Below, in pieces: positions 7,467 to 13,830 of a stretch of 64,000 nucleotides of DNA. A program made the translations under genes and the position numbers. Positions within the stretch are counted from its first letter, which is position 1; each line of letters starts with the position of its first letter. The notes under the pieces were generated by a model that did no database searches, was not told the DNA's origin, and saw only the letters and a program-made list of their open reading frames with translations. Location: IMG/VR virus record IMGVR_UViG_3300023174_003901, positions 96,001-160,000 of that record; one strand, given 5' to 3'. The stretch comes from a virus (Duplodnaviria; Caudoviricetes).

Positions 7467-7540
7467 TGGATGCGGGGGACAGATTCGAACTGCCGATGCA
7501 CCTGGCTTATGAGACCGGTGTGGTGACCTCCCTCCCCGCG
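7467..7540 (-). tRNA. tRNA-Met(CAT), initiator-like but atypical
   Basis: CGCGGGG acceptor with C1.A72 mismatch, loop CTCATAA; lacks three consecutive GC anticodon-stem pairs; U discriminator. Confidence 0.8.
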
Positions 7541-7544
7541 GTAA

Positions 7545-7697
7545 TTAACTTGGAATAATATGTGGAATATACGGAACTGCTCTTGGACCACCGTATTGTT
7601 GTTCAAAAAGTTTTTTAGCCTCTTGCGGTGTTGCCGCATAGATACGCTTCTTTTCTTCACCTTGTGGTGTTCTCACAGTTGTTTCATACATTGGCAT
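7545..7697 (-). CDS. small hypothetical protein (50 aa)
   Basis: SD AGGAG then MPMYETTVRTPQGEEKKRIYAATPQEAKKLFEQQYGGPRAVPYIPHIIPS*. Confidence 0.75.
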   Translation of the reverse strand: MPMYETTVRTPQGEEKKRIYAATPQEAKKLFEQQYGGPRAVPYIPHIIPS

Positions 7698-7717
7698 ATA
7701 ATTCTCCTAATATAATG

Positions 7718-7937
7718 CTCTGCGTCCCTCGGCGGTAATTATATCGCATCAGAAATTTCGTCAAGTTGCCCCAACTAGTCTATTCATCACGCACGACCTC
7801 CACCCGCTTCCCGACAGGGACCGTTCTCGTATTGCTAACGCCGGTTGAGGCTAGACCGCAGTATTGCTACTGTGAAGATTCAACTCTTCAGAACCGCCCG
7901 TGTGTGTCATCACACTTCTCATCCTCCGGGACCAGAG
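7718..7937 (-). ncRNA. candidate structured RNA (~220 nt), family unknown
   Basis: Closing CTCTG-GTCCC-GG / CC-GA-GGGAC-G-CAGAG; several GCAA-capped hairpins; GC-rich; no credible ORF. Confidence 0.6.
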
Positions 7938-7959
7938 TATCCAGTGACGCTGGAACGTT

Positions 7960-8037
7960 TGGAGCACTGGGCTGGATTTGAACCAGCGACTTTACGGATT
8001 TGCAATCCGTTGCATTGGACCTCTCTGCCACCAGTGC
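7960..8037 (-). tRNA. tRNA-Cys(GCA)
   Basis: ACGGA-TTGCAAA-TCCGT, U73, CCA. Confidence 0.92.
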
Positions 8038-8056
8038 GTTGTTTCTATTTACATGT

Positions 8057-8085
8057 ATTATACACAATTATCTATTGTGTGTCAA
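8057..8085 (-). promoter_or_regulatory. sigma70 promoter within tRNA array
   Basis: TTGACA-N17-TATAAT; spacer holds inverted repeat ACACAAT/ATTGTGT. Confidence 0.8.
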
Positions 8086-8159
8086 TGGTACCTCGTGACA
8101 GAATCGAACTGCCGTAACCGCCGTGTAAAGACGGAGTTCTACCATTAAACTAACGAGGC
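8086..8159 (-). tRNA. tRNA-Val(TAC)
   Basis: CCGTC-TTTACAC-GGCGG, CCA. Confidence 0.92.
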
Positions 8160-8162
8160 AAG

Positions 8163-8250
8163 TGGTGGAGGTAGATGGATTTGAACCACCGAGGCCCCGT
8201 AGGGCGCAGGATTTACAGTCCCGTGCAATCGACCGCTATGCGATACCTCC
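8163..8250 (-). tRNA. tRNA-Tyr(GTA)
   Basis: CGGGA-CTGTAAA-TCCTG, long variable arm, CCA. Confidence 0.92.
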
Positions 8251-8258
8251 GAATTTTT

Positions 8259-8333
8259 TGGTGGACCGTCCTGGGTTCGAACCGGGGACTGAGGCTTGCA
8301 AAGCCACTGTGTTCCCAACTATACCAACAGCCC
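8259..8333 (-). tRNA. tRNA-Ala(TGC)
   Basis: Loop TTTGCAA, G3.U70, CCA. Confidence 0.92.
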
Positions 8334-8340
8334 AAATTTT

Positions 8341-8414
8341 TGGCGACTCGTGATGGAATCGAACCACCGCTAGAAGTTTTGGAGACTTCCGCACTGCCAC
8401 TATACTAACGAGCC
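8341..8414 (-). tRNA. tRNA-Trp(CCA)
   Basis: GAAGT-CTCCAAA-ACTTC, CCA. Confidence 0.92.
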
Positions 8415-8420
8415 ATATCT

Positions 8421-8498
8421 TGGTGCCCTAGGAGAGACTCGAACTCTCAAAACCTGGTTTCTAAGACCAGTACGTATACCAAATTCCGTCACCAGGGC
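8421..8498 (-). tRNA. tRNA-Leu(TAG), short variable region
   Basis: CTGGT-CTTAGAA-ACCAG; only GTTTT between anticodon and T arms. Confidence 0.85.
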
Positions 8499-8508
8499 AA
8501 AACTATCT

Positions 8509-8583
8509 TGGTGGATGAGAGTAGAGTCGAACTACCACTTGACTCCGTATGAAGGAGGCGCACTACCATTATGCTACTCATCC
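8509..8583 (-). tRNA. tRNA-CAT (elongator Met or Ile2)
   Basis: CTCC-TTCATAC-GGAG arm, GGATGAG/CTCATCC acceptor, CCA. Confidence 0.85.
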
Positions 8584-8587
8584 AGTT

Positions 8588-8664
8588 TGGGGTGCCTGAT
8601 GGGATTCGAACCCACGCATATCGGAATCACAACCCGAGGTCTTAACCACTTGACGACAAGCACC
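8588..8664 (-). tRNA. tRNA-His(GTG)
   Basis: Loop TTGTGAT, encoded G-1 opposite C73, CCA. Confidence 0.92.
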
Positions 8665-8765
8665 ATATAGAAACACACTGCTGATATCAGGCTAACGTTA
8701 TGACATATTGGGTTTACTGCCGTATTCCCAGGCTACTCATAAACTCGCCACAATGTGTTTTTATA
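8665..8765 (-). ncRNA. inter-tRNA RNA with shared AAACACA/TGTGTTT closing stem (A)
   Basis: TATAAAAACACATTG ... CAGTGTGTTTCTATAT arms; fills the His-Lys spacer exactly. Confidence 0.55.
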
Positions 8766-8955
8766 TGGTAGGACCGCCGAGATTCGAACTCGGGATTGGC
8801 AGATTAAAAGTCTGCTGTGATACCGCTTCACCACGATCCCTTACTTTGCATGATCGACGAACTGCTTTGTTTGTCTTTCGATGGCTACCCGCTTTTCTTT
8901 TCAATGCCAATGCAACGAAGGAGTTACGTTGCTTGACGGTCATCTTGCGTTTCAT
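8761..8955 (-). CDS. small basic protein whose frame runs through tRNA-Lys
   Basis: SD AAGGAG, MKRKMTVKQRNSFVALALKRKAGSHRKTNKAVRR; no stop before the tRNA. Confidence 0.5.
   Translation of the reverse strand: MKRKMTVKQRNSFVALALKRKAGSHRKTNKAVRRSCKVRDRGEAVSQQTFNLPIPSSNLGGPTI
8766..8840 (-). tRNA. tRNA-Lys(TTT)
   Basis: GCAGA-CTTTTAA-TCTGC, CCA. Confidence 0.92.
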
Positions 8956-8973
8956 CGCATTCTCCTTAAAAAT

Positions 8974-9047
8974 TGGTACCCCCGGGAGGTAACGCTCCTC
9001 CGATTGCCGCTTATCAAGCGGCTGTTATACTTTTTAACTAAAGGGGC
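8974..9047 (-). tRNA. tRNA-Ile(GAT)
   Basis: GCCGC-TTGATAA-GCGGC; non-canonical D and T loops; CCA. Confidence 0.85.
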
Positions 9048-9049
9048 GT

Positions 9050-9124
9050 TGGTGCCTTTGTATGGAATTGAACCACAATCGCCGGCTTCGTAGACCAGTG
9101 TATTATCCATTATACTACAAAGGC
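9050..9124 (-). tRNA. tRNA-Arg(ACG)
   Basis: CTGGT-CTACGAA-GCCGG, CCA. Confidence 0.92.
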
Positions 9125-9128
9125 AAAT

Positions 9129-9204
9129 TGGCTCCCCAGCGTGGGATCGAACCACGGACACCTTGATTAACAGTCAAGTGCAACTACCGCTGTGCTACTG
9201 GGGA
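9129..9204 (-). tRNA. tRNA-Asn(GTT)
   Basis: CTTGA-CTGTTAA-TCAAG, CCA. Confidence 0.92.
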
Positions 9205-9215
9205 ATAAAAAGGGA

Positions 9216-9276
9216 GAAGCCACGGTTGCAGGATCTAGTGCCTTTTGCAAGGGAAGTATCCAGGCGATGTGGCTTC
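9216..9276 (-). ncRNA. short inter-tRNA structured element
   Basis: Perfect 8-bp closing stem GAAGCCAC/GTGGCTTC between tRNA-Asp and tRNA-Asn. Confidence 0.4.
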
Positions 9277-9285
9277 AAAAAAACT

Positions 9286-9360
9286 TGGCGGTCCCAAGGG
9301 GTAACGATCCCCTTCTTCGAGCGTGACAGGCTCGTGTGCGTCCATGAACACTTTGAGACC
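9286..9360 (-). tRNA. tRNA-Asp(GTC)
   Basis: CGAGC-CTGTCAC-GCTCG, G73, CCA. Confidence 0.92.
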
Positions 9361-9361
9361 A

Positions 9362-9518
9362 AGATATTATAGTCAAGCACCGAGAATGCCAATTTAGGAG
9401 TCCGGTGCTTCCGTTCCAAAGCCGATGCAGTTATATCAGGATCAGTCGCCGGCCGCTGTGACCCGAATAGTGTTGGCGTCCCAACACGATACCTTATCGA
9501 TGCTTGACTATAACATCT
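9362..9518 (-). ncRNA. inter-tRNA multi-hairpin RNA (157 nt)
   Basis: 19-nt arms AGATGTTATAGTCAAGCAT / GTGCTTGACTATAATATCT; internal hairpins GTGTTGG/CCAACAC and CGATA/TATCG. Confidence 0.55.
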
Positions 9519-9521
9519 AGC

Positions 9522-9591
9522 ATATAAAAACACACTGGACGAGGCGACCCTGTGGCCACAAGTTCCTGCTTATCTCCAGTGTGTTTACATA
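9522..9591 (-). ncRNA. inter-tRNA RNA with shared closing stem (B)
   Basis: TATGTAAACACACTGGA ... TCCAGTGTGTTTTTATAT on minus strand. Confidence 0.55.
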
Positions 9592-9667
9592 TGGTAGTGG
9601 GTACCGGATTCGAACCGGTGTGAATGCCGTGAAAGGGCACTATCCTAGGCCTCTAGATGAACCCACC
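9592..9667 (-). tRNA. tRNA-Glu(TTC)
   Basis: GTGCC-CTTTCAC-GGCAT, CCA. Confidence 0.92.
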
Positions 9668-9891
9668 ATATGAAAAAACATTTGGGAACCATTGTGGATC
9701 TCTTTCTGCTTGGCTTGCGAGGCCAAGTCACCACGGTCATTACTGCCAGACGATCCGCCGCTTTTCTGGATCTACTTGTTACAGTAGAGAGCCGGCTTCA
9801 TGACTGGTAGTAAGTGGGTACCCGCCGGTACCAATTGGACACTTCTACCAATGCCTCTAACGGGTCTGGTAACCCTAATGTGTTCTCATAT
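9668..9891 (-). ncRNA. inter-tRNA RNA with shared closing stem (C, ~224 nt)
   Basis: ATATGAGAACACATTAGG ... CCAAATGTTTTTTCATAT; inner hairpins GGTAC/GTACC, TCTACT/AGTAGA, CTTGGC/GCCAAG. Confidence 0.55.
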
Positions 9892-9976
9892 AGTGCCTGC
9901 GAACAGGACTACATATACGTAATTTTTAAAGATCTCTACAACTGTCTCGATCGACTTTGTTGCTTTGTTAAGTTCT

Positions 9977-10005
9977 ATTGTAGCATCAACCGATTTATTG
10001 GTCAA
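9977..10005 (-). promoter_or_regulatory. sigma70 promoter within tRNA array
   Basis: TTGACC-N17-TACAAT with extended TG. Confidence 0.7.
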
Positions 10006-10037
10006 TGCTGAGTGTTGCGTTTTCACAACAATTGTTT

Positions 10038-10111
10038 TGGCACGGGAACTAGGGCTCGAACCTAGAATGACAGAGTCAAAGTCTGTAGTGTTACCATTAC
10101 ACTATTCCCGA
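10038..10111 (-). tRNA. tRNA-Gln(TTG)
   Basis: ACAGA-CTTTGAC-TCTGT, G73, CCA. Confidence 0.92.
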
Positions 10112-10117
10112 ACAATC

Positions 10118-10209
10118 CGGCGGAAGACGGAGGAGTCGAACCCCATCCGATTTCTCGGAACCTGGTTTTCAAGGCCAGTCGCGGTACCAATACCACTGCA
10201 TCATCTTCC
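10118..10209 (-). tRNA. tRNA-Ser(TGA), 3' end encoded as CCG
   Basis: Loop CTTGAAA, long variable arm; ends TCTTCC-G-CCG. Confidence 0.88.
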
Positions 10210-10213
10210 AACA

Positions 10214-10297
10214 TGGTACCCTTGGTGAGATTCGAACTCACATATTATACTCCTCTGTTTGAGAGAGGCGACTTTACCAAAATTTGTCCACAAGGGT
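10214..10297 (-). tRNA. tRNA-Leu(CAA)
   Basis: CCTCT-CTCAAAC-AGAGG, CCA. Confidence 0.9.
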
Positions 10298-10321
10298 CTA
10301 ACACACTGTTGCCAATGTGTG

Positions 10322-10380
10322 TATCGAAACACTCTACATGGATGAACCCACTTGCCTCGCGGCCTGAGAATGCTTCGATA
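10322..10380 (-). ncRNA. small three-way-junction element (D)
   Basis: TATCGAAGCATTCT/AGAGTGTTTCGATA stem enclosing GCC-GCGA-GGC and TGG/CCA hairpins. Confidence 0.45.
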
Positions 10381-10488
10381 CGCTGTAATTTTTCACACTA
10401 GAAGAAGTGCTTCATCCTACAGGCCGCCCATTTGCCGGATGTTTTAAGTGCCCAGCAGGGTCTCGTTCCCTACACACACTTTGCGATG

Positions 10489-10644
10489 TTAACGGTTCTC
10501 TTGGAGAACCTCTCGCTTGCTTCGAGCATTGTCATATGCTTGAGCACGTTCTAACTTCTCTGCAATTATCTTGCGAAGATCTTGTTGAGTTAGGGTGTGC
10601 TGTCGCGTAAACTCTGCTTGCCTTTTTAATTTTGTATCTGTCAT
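10489..10644 (-). CDS. small hypothetical protein (51 aa), first gene after the attenuator
   Basis: SD AAGGAA then MTDTKLKRQAEFTRQHTLTQQDLRKIIAEKLERAQAYDNARSKREVLQENR*. Confidence 0.7.
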   Translation of the reverse strand: MTDTKLKRQAEFTRQHTLTQQDLRKIIAEKLERAQAYDNARSKREVLQENR

Positions 10645-10661
10645 TTTCCTTGTTCCAAAAA

Positions 10662-10694
10662 CAAAAAACCCTGGAGTTTTTAGTTCCAGGGTCC
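10662..10694 (-). terminator. intrinsic terminator of the putative attenuator
   Basis: ACCCTGGA-ACTAAAAAC-TCCAGGGT then TTTTTG. Confidence 0.8.
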
Positions 10695-10719
10695 TTTGAA
10701 GTCTGAGTATGCGGTTGAA

Positions 10720-10863
10720 CTATACTCTGTCTCCTTGGACCCTGATTCTATCTAATGTGCGACCATTATTCATGCTCTCAATCGCAAACCACAAGGCGGG
10801 GCAGGTGCCCAGACTTAGCGTCGGCTGATAGAGTGATATGGAATAATGTGCGGAATGTTTCAT
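10720..10863 (-). CDS. putative attenuator leader peptide (47 aa)
   Basis: MKHSAHYSISLYQPTLSLGTCPALWFAIESMNNGRTLDRIRVQGDRV*; 3' end holds CAGGGTCC, complementary to terminator arm GGACCCTG. Confidence 0.7.
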   Translation of the reverse strand: MKHSAHYSISLYQPTLSLGTCPALWFAIESMNNGRTLDRIRVQGDRV

Positions 10864-10872
10864 CTTGTGCTT

Positions 10873-10901
10873 ATTGTATAGGTTTATTTATACCTTGTCA
10901 A
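10873..10901 (-). promoter_or_regulatory. sigma70 promoter with nested TATAAATA at the head of the tRNA array
   Basis: TTGACA-N17-TACAAT; TATAAATA at 10885-10892. Confidence 0.8.
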
Positions 10902-10938
10902 CCCCTTGTTTGAGTTTTTATTTATCTTTTGTAAAAAT

Positions 10939-11556
10939 TTACATTGTGGGGCCGTTGCCGGATTTGAATCCAACCACGCCACCTTCTGCTTCGATGTTAC
11001 GAATAACATCTTCAAACAAGATGGGAGTGAAGTCAGTTTGCTCCACGCATACACAATGATATCGGGGATCAATCTCAGTGCTGTACAACACAGTTCCGGT
11101 CTTGGCGTCTACGCCACGTGCCTTCTTAACACGACTGGCATGCAAGTGTCCGTGAATGTTCACACCAAAGCGGCCCAACGAAGCCTCATGCACAGGAATA
11201 TGGCTCAAGATCATGCCGTTCATCACATGGTACGCCCGTAACTCACGAAAGTACTCGCGATATTCGTCATCACGGAAGATGTCATGGTTGCCACGGATCA
11301 ATACCTTGTCACCGTTCAATCTAGACAAGGTCTTCAAGGCCTTGCGGTTGATCACCACGTCACCCAAGTGATACACCTTGTCGTTGGGACCTACACGATC
11401 GTTCCAATTCTTGATCATGGCTTCGTCCATCTCATCAGGATCGGTCCACGGACGCAATTTTACATTGGCGTCATCTGGGTGCGTGAAGCGACAAACACCA
11501 GCGTGTCCGAAGTGCGTGTCACTTGTTAAAAATACTGCTGGCATCATGTTCTCCAT
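10939..11556 (-). CDS. calcineurin-like metallophosphoesterase
   Basis: SDTHFGH, LGDV, GNHD, HGHLH motifs. Confidence 0.9.
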   Translation of the reverse strand: MENMMPAVFLTSDTHFGHAGVCRFTHPDDANVKLRPWTDPDEMDEAMIKNWNDRVGPNDKVYHLGDVVINRKALKTLSRLNGDKVLIRGNHDIFRDDEYREYFRELRAYHVMNGMILSHIPVHEASLGRFGVNIHGHLHASRVKKARGVDAKTGTVLYSTEIDPRYHCVCVEQTDFTPILFEDVIRNIEAEGGVVGFKSGNGPTM

Positions 11557-11566
11557 CTAATACGTA

Positions 11567-11595
11567 ATTATAGCACATGTGAAGATTTTGGTCAA
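11567..11595 (-). promoter_or_regulatory. sigma70 promoter
   Basis: TTGACC-N17-TATAAT, extended TG. Confidence 0.8.
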
Positions 11596-11629
11596 GTAAT
11601 ACTAAAATATTAATTATATCTCAGGAAAA

Positions 11630-13273
11630 TCATGCTTGGCTAATCAGCCATTCTGAGAAAGTTTCTGTGCTATGATCTATGCTTTGTATTTTTGGTATGG
11701 TCAATTTCTTGAATATTAAATTTTTATATGCAATCATTCTTTGCATTTTTTTCTTATCTAATGCATGCCAGTCAACCTGGGGGTTCGTTTTGTTAAAACT
11801 GGTTGATAAATCAACTCCTAGCCCTGCTATGCTAAATGCCGCAAGCCCACTGACATTATTTCGTATGGTTTGAGATTTTTGTTGTATGTCCTCTACCATT
11901 TTTTGAATTTCCAATCGATCAGTATGCTCATTTTTCCAAATCAACTGACCTTGCTCATTTCTATTTTGAGTATAAATTGATCCGCGACTTTCGTCGTTGC
12001 CTATCACACTATAGCCATATTTGGAATAGTTCTTGTCAAGATCACTGAGGAAGTCGTTAGAGTAGGTTTGATTATTTGGCCTGATACTCAGTGCTTGAAC
12101 TATCCAAGAGTCCAATGGGTTTTTGTCACTCATTAAAAAATCTGTAGTTTCTTGCAAACTGCTCAATGATTCGTGTGGCAATCCGTATATAAAAGACCCG
12201 TGCAAATTTACATGATTTCCGTATTGTTGTTTTATTTTTCGAACAGTATCAAACAAACGAGTACGATCGCCTCCTTTGCCAATGGCACTAGCGGTCTTGG
12301 GGTTAAGAGTTTCGATTCCAAAAAATGCTGAACGTAGGCCGCTTTCAAACAACCACTCAACAGTTTCTGGGTGTGCTGTCAACAAATCCAGTCTGATATA
12401 TCCCCACCACTCTAACTTAAATGGCAATCTCTTGCTCATGTCATAAATCATCTGACATTTTTCAGGACTGTCGTTCACAGTGTCATCACAAAAAATATAT
12501 CTTGTGATTCCAAATCGTTCATAGTTGTCGACCAATTCTGCATAGATGTAATCCATGTTCCGTATAAAATCCAATTTTTTCTTTCCATTCATTGGATAGG
12601 AACAGAATGCACATTTAAAAATACAACCACGTGCAACTTCTAACAGCAAGGTTTCTCCGGGCAGAATTGCATCATGATCTTCGTAACGCATCTGGCATTC
12701 GTTAAAATCATAAGTCTCTGCTCGGCTATCATTGATTATAATAGACCCGTGTACGCTTTTGTGTGCTTTTTGTAAATCTATGTTTGTGTCACAAAGATGC
12801 TGTGCTAGATTAACTATTGATGTTTCTGAGTATCCGATACACTGATAATCAAAAATTTTGTTGTATTCAACATCTCTAGCAGTAGGACCACCTAGAGTTA
12901 GTTTACAGTTGGGATTGCAGTCACGGATTAGATTTTTGATAATCTCATTGTATTGAGGGCCATGTGGTAATATACAACCGGGCGCAATGTTTTGTAAAAT
13001 CACACCCCCGTTCTCAGACCTGTTTGGATTTGCAATATCAGCATAAAAGAAGTTGTTAACTCCTACAAACAGAGTTTTGTCTGAAATAAGGTTACGCAAT
13101 ATGTGACAAATTTCCTCAACAGTAAACACACTGAGATGATGTAGAACTGCGACTTGAAACCCTTGACTTCTCAAGGCCTGGGCAACTTTATAAGGTCCCA
13201 GGGTCTTGCTCAAAGTAATTACATCAGTCTTGTCAGACAGTAAAATTACATTGGGAAAATTTTTGTCAAACAT
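11630..13273 (-). CDS. B12-binding-like radical SAM protein
   Basis: EVARGCIFKCAFC (CxxxCxxC), DDT, FFGIET, GLPHES; N-terminal flavodoxin-like region. Confidence 0.85.
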   Translation of the reverse strand: MFDKNFPNVILLSDKTDVITLSKTLGPYKVAQALRSQGFQVAVLHHLSVFTVEEICHILRNLISDKTLFVGVNNFFYADIANPNRSENGGVILQNIAPGCILPHGPQYNEIIKNLIRDCNPNCKLTLGGPTARDVEYNKIFDYQCIGYSETSIVNLAQHLCDTNIDLQKAHKSVHGSIIINDSRAETYDFNECQMRYEDHDAILPGETLLLEVARGCIFKCAFCSYPMNGKKKLDFIRNMDYIYAELVDNYERFGITRYIFCDDTVNDSPEKCQMIYDMSKRLPFKLEWWGYIRLDLLTAHPETVEWLFESGLRSAFFGIETLNPKTASAIGKGGDRTRLFDTVRKIKQQYGNHVNLHGSFIYGLPHESLSSLQETTDFLMSDKNPLDSWIVQALSIRPNNQTYSNDFLSDLDKNYSKYGYSVIGNDESRGSIYTQNRNEQGQLIWKNEHTDRLEIQKMVEDIQQKSQTIRNNVSGLAAFSIAGLGVDLSTSFNKTNPQVDWHALDKKKMQRMIAYKNLIFKKLTIPKIQSIDHSTETFSEWLISQA

Positions 13274-13297
13274 TGGTTGCCTTGATCATATCATGCT

Positions 13298-13327
13298 ATT
13301 ATAGCAACAAGTATCAATCAATGTCAA
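13298..13327 (-). promoter_or_regulatory. sigma70 promoter
   Basis: TTGACA-N18-TATAAT. Confidence 0.65.
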
Positions 13328-13830
13328 CTATTCAAAACCTTGGCAACTGAGTTCATTACTGCGGCAATACGGCCAATGTCACGAAGTTGTTCTACAGTGT
13401 AGCCTTCTGTCTTGAGTGTTTCATAATGTGACCGAACACAAAAGTGACACTTGCCCACAATGCTTGCTGCCAAACTGAATGCTTCAAAGTTACTCTTGGT
13501 AGTTCCGCCATGTGACGCAATAGCGTTCATGCGTAACTGTGCTGGCAATCCTGTTAGGTTAGGATCATCAGCCATTTCAACGTAGGGGTACCATACATTG
13601 TTCTGTGACATAATACTTGCGGCTGTCATTGCTGACTCTGCATGTACTGGCGCATCTGCTAATAGGATACTCAGTACCTTCCCGTTGCCAGTTGCAGCCA
13701 GTGCGGCCACAGCACAACCCATGGCCACATCTGCATCCAAAGTGCTACGTACAAGAACAGCATCAAGATTTAACTTGGTGTCCTTGGCGTAGTCTGGCAA
13801 CGCTGATTTAACTGCGTCGATAAATGCCAT
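13324..13830 (-). CDS. ahpD: alkylhydroperoxidase AhpD
   Basis: LPDYAKDTKLNL N-terminus, SIVGKCHFCVRSH (CxxC); directly after ahpC. Confidence 0.92.
   Translation of the reverse strand: MAFIDAVKSALPDYAKDTKLNLDAVLVRSTLDADVAMGCAVAALAATGNGKVLSILLADAPVHAESAMTAASIMSQNNVWYPYVEMADDPNLTGLPAQLRMNAIASHGGTTKSNFEAFSLAASIVGKCHFCVRSHYETLKTEGYTVEQLRDIGRIAAVMNSVAKVLNS

Noticed and set aside
7718-7937. RNase P RNA call
   Set aside because: Conserved P4 signature sequences are not present.
10493-10545. Hairpins GGTTCTC/GAGAACC and GCTTCGAGCA/TGCTTGAGC as ncRNA
   Set aside because: They lie inside the 51-aa ORF 10489-10644.
6013-10610. Many 60-112 aa ORFs in the track across the tRNA array (e.g. 7397-7660, 8162-8353, 9163-9372, 9195-9533)
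   Set aside because: They overlap tRNA genes or structured RNA, lack RBS and are mostly antisense; chance frames.
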